This document shows positions 10,472-16,392 of a stretch of DNA of 16,392 bases, one piece after another. Position numbers and translations under genes: made by a program. The stretch spans positions 1-16,392 of the forward strand of contig NW_021825204.1 in the NCBI RefSeq assembly GCF_006345805.1. Direction: 5' to 3'. Source of the DNA: Octopus sinensis. Lineage: Eukaryota. A model generated the notes under the pieces. It worked only from the letters and a program-made list of their open reading frames with translations. It was not told the DNA's origin and ran no database searches. Positions within the stretch are counted from its first letter, which is position 1, and every line of letters starts with the position of its first letter.

Positions 10472-10506
10472 TATATATATATATATATATACATGTGTGT
10501 GTGTTT

Positions 10507-10547
<41 letters not shown>

Positions 10548-10575
10548 GTGTGTGTGTGTGTGTGTGTGTGCGTGC
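10472..10575. repeat. (TA)n(TG)n microsatellite
   Basis: Directly visible. Confidence 0.95.
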
Positions 10576-10577
10576 GA

Positions 10578-11085
10578 TTTACATCACCATTCTGGAACCC
10601 CTACCTTGCTCAGCATATAAATATCCTAGAAACTGTTCAGAAACGAGCAACAAAACGAATACCCGCCGTCAGACATCTACCATACTCTGAACGTCTTCCT
10701 ACTCTGGGCATGGATACATTGAAGCTCAGACGTCTGCCAACTGATTTGGTAGACACCCTCAGGATTATCCACCAGCTTTCCAACAACAACCTTGGGCACC
10801 TTTTTGAATTCCATATGACAAACACACGCGGACATACTTATAAAATCAAAAACAACATAGCACCCATGACTTTCAGCAACGTTTTGCACGCTCAGAAATG
10901 CTGGAGCATGGAATAAACTACCCGCATCAGTTGTTAGCTGTCGAGACTCTACATCCTTCAAAACATCCATGTTTCCTGAAATCCGCTAACAGTACACCTG
11001 ATGGCCTTTTTGCTTTCTTTCTTTTTTTTTTAGTTGTAGTGCACCTGACCACTGTATACAACAATTTCCTTCATTATTATATTAT
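10578..11085 (+). mobile_element. CR1/L2-type LINE 3' fragment (ORF2 C-terminus plus 3' UTR), 5'-truncated
   Basis: SPFWNPYLAQHINILETVQKRATKRIP...LPYSERL..LGMDTLKLRRL..DL...TRGH.YKI, continuing through two frameshifts as KQHSTHDFQQRF and TLRNAGAWNKLPASVV...SFK, with a stop at 10987-10989. This is the typical CR1-group post-RT region; it ends in (ATT)n. Confidence 0.92.
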
Positions 11086-11099
11086 ACATAGACTGATTC

Positions 11100-11290
11100 G
11101 TTATACAGAGTGGATGAATAAATATTTCCGTTCTGAGCTCAATTTTGAGTTCAAGTCGTGCCGATATCAACTTTGTTTTCCGTCCCTTCGGGATCGATAA
11201 CATATGATTTCATCAGTTACAGGGGTCGATGTATTCAATTAGTTACCACATATAAAATTTCAGGCCTTTTTCCAGTAGTAAGAAAGGATA
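11100..11290 (+). mobile_element. SINE family B, diverged copy
   Basis: tgagttcaagtcgtgccgatatcaactttg...cccttcgggatcgataa...ggggtcgatgta...aaaatttcaggcctt...agaaaggat. The 5' boundary is approximate. Confidence 0.75.
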
Positions 11291-11296
11291 ATCATC

Positions 11297-11560
11297 GACC
11301 GGCAAGTTGGCAGAATCGTTAGAGTGTCGAACAAAATCATAACGGAATTTCTACCGATTCAATTATGGACTGTGTTCAAATTCTGCCGAGATCAACCTCA
11401 GCTTTCATCTTTCTGGGAACGATAGAATAATATACGTGTCAACTTTGACTCTCATCCTTTCAGGATCGATAAGATAAATACCATTTGTGCCCTTGAGTTA
11501 ATGTAATCGAATTAGGCCCTCCCCCGAAATTGCTGGCCTTGCACCAAAATTTGAAACCAT
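11297..11560 (+). mobile_element. SINE family B copy with a duplicated central domain
   Basis: Head ggcaagttggcagaatcgttag, B box gttcaaattc, central motif at ~11389-11436 and again at ~11438-11485. Confidence 0.8.
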
Positions 11561-11570
11561 TGTTATTATT

Positions 11571-11873
11571 GTGGAGGCACATGGCCTAGTGGTAAGAGCA
11601 GCAGACACGCCGTCGAGGGATCGCGGATTCGAATCTCAGACCGGTCGATGTGTGTGTTTATGAGCGAAACACTTAAGCTCCATGCGGCTCCGGCAGAAGG
11701 TAATGGCAAACTTCTGCTGACTCTTTCGCCACAACTTTCTCTCCCTCTTTCCTCCTGCATCTTACAGCTCAACTGCGACGGACCGGCGTCCCGTCCAGGT
11801 GGGGAACCTATACGCCAAGTAAACCGGGGAAACCGGCCCTAATGAGCCAGGCGTGGCTCGAGAAGGAACAAAC
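11571..11873 (+). mobile_element. Full-length tRNA-derived SINE, family C (V-like domain)
   Basis: A box tggcctagtgg, B box gattcgaatc, and ctgcgacggaccggcgtcccgtccagg...aaaccggggaaaccggccc resembling the V-SINE domain; flanked by (ATT)n. Confidence 0.88.
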
Positions 11874-11933
11874 ATATTTATTATTATCATTATTGTTGTT
11901 GTTGCTGTTATTATTATTATTAAGGCAGCGAAC

Positions 11934-12147
11934 AAGGCGGCGAGCTGGCAGAGTTGTTAGCACGCTGGATGAAATGCTTAGCGCTATTTCGCCCGTCGCT
12001 ACGTTCTGAGTTCAAATTGCACCGAGTCGACTTTACTTTTCATCCTTTCGGGGTCGATAAATTAAGTACCAGTTGAGTACTGGGGTCGAAGTAATCGACT
12101 ATCCCCCTCTCCCAAATTTCAGGCCTTGTGCCTTTAGTAGAAAGGAT
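11934..12147 (+). mobile_element. SINE family B, best-preserved copy, with a (TAC)n tail to ~12165
   Basis: aaggcggcgagctggcagagttgttagc...gagttcaaatt...tttcatcctttcggggtcgataaattaagtaccagttgagtactggggtcga...caggccttgtgcctttagtagaaaggat. Confidence 0.9.
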
Positions 12148-12389
12148 TACTACTACTATTACTACAAGTCAGAGACAGACAGAGACGTAGACTGACAAGC
12201 AGGCACATGCACACGAAGTTGTTTTCTAGTGTTTCTAGAAAACCGTATGTAAATGCCTGTGAGTCTTCGTTCGGGCGTATCCCATCGCACGTGTTCAGAT
12301 AGCATCGAGGAATGGGTAAGTATGAATACACGTATTTGCCTTTATTCGGAAACCAGCCTTGTAACATGAAGATATATATATATATATAT

Positions 12390-12422
<33 letters not shown>

Positions 12423-12446
12423 ATACACACACACATACATACATAT

Positions 12447-12727
12447 GGACATATGGCTCAGTGGTTAAGAGCGCGGGTTGTTAACCCCAAGATTCCAAGT
12501 TCGATTCCAAGCAGTGACCAGAATAATAATAATGTACATGCACCAGACAGTGGCTCTAATGGCTTCTGATCTTAAGTGATTGGAAGTGTTATCATGTACA
12601 TTGTTTTTTCTTGGTATAATAGATGGGATGCAACAAATATTCTGCTCAATACCACAGATTTGCTTGTTAGTTGTTTGACCTTATACAGTTGAGCATGTCT
12701 CTTAGTGGCTGACGATATGTGCATCTT
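12447..12727 (+). mobile_element. tRNA-headed SINE, family D, probably 3'-incomplete
   Basis: A box tggctcagtgg (12454-12464), anticodon-like arm ggg-ttgttaa-ccc, B box gttcgattcc (12499-12508), then (AAT)n and a non-tRNA body running into (GGT)n. Confidence 0.75.
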
Positions 12728-12840
12728 TGGTGGTAATGGTGGTGGTGGTGGTGGTGGTGGTGGCAGTGGCGGAGATGGTGATGGTAGCGGCGGCGGCGGT
12801 GGTGGTGGTGGTAGTGGTGGTGGTGGTGGCGGCGTTGTGG
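12728..12840. repeat. (GGT/GGC)n repeat
   Basis: Directly visible; source of the poly-Pro, poly-Gly and poly-His ORFs. Confidence 0.95.
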
Positions 12841-13278
12841 ACAAATATCCATCAAATGTAAATAATGTAAGTGTGTATGTATATATATATATACAGTGTA
12901 CATCTAAACACATAAGAAGCATCCATCATAGGACTCATTGCACGTTAAAAAGAACAGTTAAATTCCAAACCACTATTAGAGATAAAAACTTCGAAGGGAA
13001 TGAAAAATAAAAACATTTACCATCTAAATCCTGGACCATTGGTTTCAGACTTTTTTAGCAAATAAAATAATTTGCTAGGCGAAGACTTTTCCAGCAAGTA
13101 GACCCAAGATTAAACATATATACATGAGGCAATCCAGTATATGCTCCATGTTTCTACATTCTAACTTTTCAAATCTACCGCGTAAGCGCAGCACTTTGTC
13201 GGCAGTAAATGTAATTGCTGGCTTAGTAGAAATTTCTAATATTTTTTATTACCCATGATATTAATATATATATATATT

Positions 13279-14200
13279 GAGGAATGGCATTTGGAGTGTC
13301 GTCAGGTACTTCAGCTACTCTCTCGGGCGGACAATGCCGGCAACAGAAGTTCCCCCGCGGATTTCTATAGCGGGTTAGTGGAATTTATATCTGAAGACGC
13401 CTTGGGGGAGACCCTGAGCTATGATGAAGATCAGTTGGTCAACCTGTTCAGGAGAATGTTCGGGACGAGGTATCTGGATAATTACCAGAAATCTCTGGCC
13501 TGGCAGTGTTTCCGTGCGGCGTTACCTGTTCGTGATAAGCTGTCAAAGCACGGAAGTGCCATCTCGCCGACATGCCCACGATATGAGCAGGATAGGAAAA
13601 CCGTCTTGCACGCATTCATTGTCCGGAGTTATCGGGACTGATACCTTTTGCCGAACAATTGTTATCAGTGATGGGAAGAGTACGGTTGAGTCTATTATCG
13701 AGATTGTGCCGCCTCCTTTCCTCAACAGGGAAAGGAAGGCTTGTTTTTTCTGCGTATTAGCCATACTGAAAGAAACAGTATGGAGGACGCGTATGAAATG
13801 TATAGTGACAGGCACCTTCGTCTCTGGCCAGGGGTTGGTCAACTTTTTTAGTTACCACCTCGGTAGTAAGATCAGGCTGGAGAGGAGGTGTCTGTCACGA
13901 GATATGTTTGTGAAAAGATGGAAGCCCGTAGTGTGCAGGCTGGGTATAAGTGGCACCAGGTAGGTGGGGCCGGGTTGAAAAGTAACGTTTCTGCCCAAAT
14001 GGACGGGTGCCTTGCCTTCGACATGATTTATATAAAAAATTTTAAACTTGTTGATACCCTTTGTATAATTCCTTGTTCATAATTTCATTCATTATTTCAT
14101 TAGTAATTTTTAATTGCTAAAAGCTTATTTACCCTTTTTATTTGTCCTTGTTTGTTCCCTCTTTGTAAATGCCTTAAAGGCAAATTATATATGAAATAAA
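13279..14200 (+). mobile_element. Tx1/L1-clade LINE 3' fragment (zf-RVT zinc-binding region plus 3' UTR), 5'-truncated and frameshifted
   Basis: QKSLAWQCFRAALPVRDKLSKHG...TCPRYEQDRKTVLHAF is a decayed W.....LP....L...G......C..C....ET..H motif. It continues in another frame as LAILKETVWRTR...IRLER...FVKRW with a stop at 13963. The T-rich UTR ends in AATAAA (14195-14200). Confidence 0.88.
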
Positions 14201-14575
14201 GAAGCTTGCTTCCCAACAATATGCTTCCGTGTTCAGTCCCATTTCGGGGCACCATCGGCAAGTGTCTTCTAATATTGCCTCGGGCCAACCTAAACCTTGT
14301 GAACCGATTTGGTAGAAGGAAACCGAAAGAAGCCCGTCGTATATGTGTGTATTTGTGTGTGTGTGAATGTGTAGTTGGGTGTCTGTGTTTGACCTCCATC
14401 GCTTGGCAACCGATGTTGGTGTGTGTATACGCCCCCGTAACTTAGCGGTTCGGCAAAAGCGACCGATAGAATAAGTACTAGGCTAACAAAAAGTAAATCC
14501 TGGGGCTGATTTGTTCGACTAAAGGCGGTGCTCCAGCACGGCCGCAGTTAAATAACTGAAGTAAAAGAGTAAAAG
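14201..14575 (+). mobile_element. tRNA-derived SINE, family A (CORE-like segment, internal (TG)n), A box missing
   Basis: B-box-like gttcagtccc, then caccatcggcaagtgtctt, internal (TG)n, and 3' aaggcggtgctccagcacggccgcag...gtaaaagagtaaaag; homologous copies at 4541-4790 and 15795-16012. Confidence 0.88.
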
Positions 14576-14576
14576 C

Positions 14577-14630
14577 GTGTATATATATATATATATGCTC
14601 GCGTGTGTGTATGTAAGTTTGTATGTATGC

Positions 14631-14663
<33 letters not shown>

Positions 14664-14740
14664 TGTATGTATGTATGTATGTATGTATGTATGTAGTACA
14701 TGCACACACATACATACATTCATGTATGTTTGTATGTTTG
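14577..14740. repeat. (TA)n/(TATG)n microsatellite
   Basis: Directly visible. Confidence 0.95.
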
Positions 14741-14849
14741 TAGTGACCCCGTATGTACGCGCGAGATCATGCTCTGTTTTATCAACTTGTTATCTTTTTC
14801 TAGATAAACGATGTATAAACACACTTTCACGGCATCAACAACATTAGCT

Positions 14850-15022
14850 TTATCATCATCATCATCATCTACAACAGCAACAACAGGAACAACATGAACG
14901 GCAGCCCTGAAAAGAGCAACCGTCATCGTTGGTACGATAAACGGTGTCAAACACACAATATGATGTAACCTACAACAACAACCATAACAAAAACAACAAC
15001 AATAACAGCAATAACAACATGA
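14850..15022. repeat. Degenerate (ATC)n/(AAC)n tract
   Basis: Directly visible. Confidence 0.75.
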
Positions 15023-15093
15023 ATCATAAACGGGATTTTTAACATAGTCACAAATGGCGGTAAAATTTGAAAGACGGGAGTAGTTTGATTATA

Positions 15094-15351
15094 ATAAAGT
15101 AAATGCGCTCTTTTAAAGCCTAGCCAGGGTCATGGGCCCGGTTTCCCGGTTTCAATGACGTTTGTGTTCCCCAGCTGGACGAGACGCCAGTCCATCGCAG
15201 CGTTACTCCTTTTTGCCGGCTGAATGGACTGGAATAACGTGAAATGAAGTGATTTCCTCAAGAACACAACGCGTCGCCCGGTCCAGGAATCGAAACCACT
15301 ATCTTACGATCATGATGCTGACACCCTAACCACTAAGCCACGCGCCTCCAC
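15094..15351 (-). mobile_element. Full-length tRNA-derived SINE related to family C (CORE-like plus V-like domains), with an 11-bp target-site duplication
   Basis: Minus strand: gtggaggcgcgtggcttagtggttagg...gtttcgattcctggaccggg...gctgcgatggactggcgtctcgtccagctggggaac...gaaaccgggaaaccgggccc. Flanks are gtttgattata (15083-15093) and gtttgtttata (15352-15362). Confidence 0.9.
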
Positions 15352-15599
15352 GTTTGTTTATATGTAGCTCAGTATTTGATATTGCCTTCTAACTACCTCT
15401 GGGTGTTGGAGAATTGAGTGTGCTTCGGCGTGTTTTGAACTCGGTGTATAAAACTGCTATATTGTGGCGTTATTTCAAGCCAGCTGGCTTTTTTTTTGCG
15501 CAAACTGCACGTGTATTTTTCTCGCGTACGCGTAGTGTCGATCGCAACAGCTGATGTACTTGCGCGTACAAATGCACATTCCCACGGCTTTATCTATCG

Positions 15600-15757
15600 C
15601 ATTATCATCTGGAATCGATTTTTATAATTTTTTCAAGACTTGTACATGCCCTGATACCTTCGGTATCTACAGATCAAATTTGAGCGCAATCGAATGGAGG
15701 ATGCCCGAGATCCTAGAAGACACAGACAGACAGAACGGATTTTATATAATATACATG
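15600..15757 (+). mobile_element. Probable terminal part of a non-autonomous Helitron/Helentron-like element
   Basis: caaatttgagcgcaatcg...gagatcc...(ACAG)n...ttttatataata matches the remembered layout of Lep1/HINE-like ends: CAAATTT...ATCGG, a tetranucleotide microsatellite, then an AT-rich terminus. The other end was not identified. Confidence 0.45.
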
Positions 15758-15794
15758 TATATATACGTTTGCGTGTGTGTGTGTGTGTATGTAG

Positions 15795-16012
15795 TCTTTT
15801 ACTTGCTTGAATCATGAGATTGCAGCGATGCTGGGGAACTGCCTTGTAGAATTTTTAGTCGAATGTATCAACGCCAATACTTATTTTTTATAAGCCTAGT
15901 ACTTATTCTATCGATCTGTTTTGCCGAACTGCTAAGTTACAGAGACGTAAACGTACCAGCACCGGTTGTCAAGCAGTGATGGAGGAACAAACACAAACAC
16001 AAAGACAGACTC
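15795..16012 (-). mobile_element. SINE family A, 3' half
   Basis: agcctagtacttattctatcg and ttttgccgaactgctaagttac are reverse complements of cgatagaataagtactaggct and gtaacttagcggttcggcaaaa at 14437-14484. Confidence 0.88.
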
Positions 16013-16111
16013 ATACACATACATATGTATATATATATATATTATATCTTATATATAGTGTGTGTATATATATATATTATATATATATATATATACATAT
16101 ATATTGTATAG

Positions 16112-16202
<91 letters not shown>

Positions 16203-16342
16203 TATATAAATCTATCAGAAAGGAACTCTATCTCTCTTTAAAAATATCTTTTGATAAGCATAACAAATGCGCAACCGGTAAAAGAACTCTCACCTAATTA
16301 AATACTTAAATTATTTTGTCAGCATTTTCTTCATTTCCTATG

Positions 16343-16373
<31 letters not shown>

Positions 16374-16392
16374 TATATATATTATATATATA
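16013..16392. repeat. (TA)n microsatellite region with a unique spacer at ~16210-16340
   Basis: Directly visible. Confidence 0.9.

Noticed and set aside
11838-11866. ctaatgagccaggcgtggctcgagaag hammerhead look-alike
   Set aside because: It is the SINE 3' stem-loop (gagcca/tggctc); CUGA and GAAA are not in the required positions.
10054-12147. Recurrent ggtcgat...taagtaccag motifs suggesting a CRISPR-like or regularly spaced array
   Set aside because: Spacing is irregular and the sequence between motifs is homologous. They are adjacent SINE copies in eukaryotic DNA with no cas genes.
12447-12520. Possible tRNA-Asn(GTT) gene
   Set aside because: The acceptor and anticodon stems are imperfect, there is no T-run terminator, and it continues into a SINE body, so it is treated as a SINE head.
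1362-16209. Numerous [12 protein letters not shown] ORFs in the ORF track
   Set aside because: They are translations of dinucleotide and tetranucleotide microsatellites, which lack stop codons in most frames.

Overview
Eukaryotic, AT-rich, repeat-saturated non-coding DNA (intronic or intergenic). The repeat families look like those of coleoid cephalopods, most likely Octopus; this is recognition from memory, not a database result. No intact protein-coding gene is supported, and most ORFs in the track are translations of (TA)n, (CA)n, (TACA)n, (GAT)n or (AAT)n microsatellites. The window holds 3' fragments of a CR1/L2-type LINE and a Tx1/L1-clade LINE, a decayed Penelope-like element (PLE) GIY-YIG region, a possible second PLE relic, about 14 tRNA-derived SINE copies or fragments from 4-5 families, and a probable non-autonomous Helitron-like end. 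The most notable structure is at about 9625-9972: a double fold-back containing two divergently oriented type I hammerhead ribozyme motifs of the PLE type. One has an intact catalytic core and an unusually long helix II.
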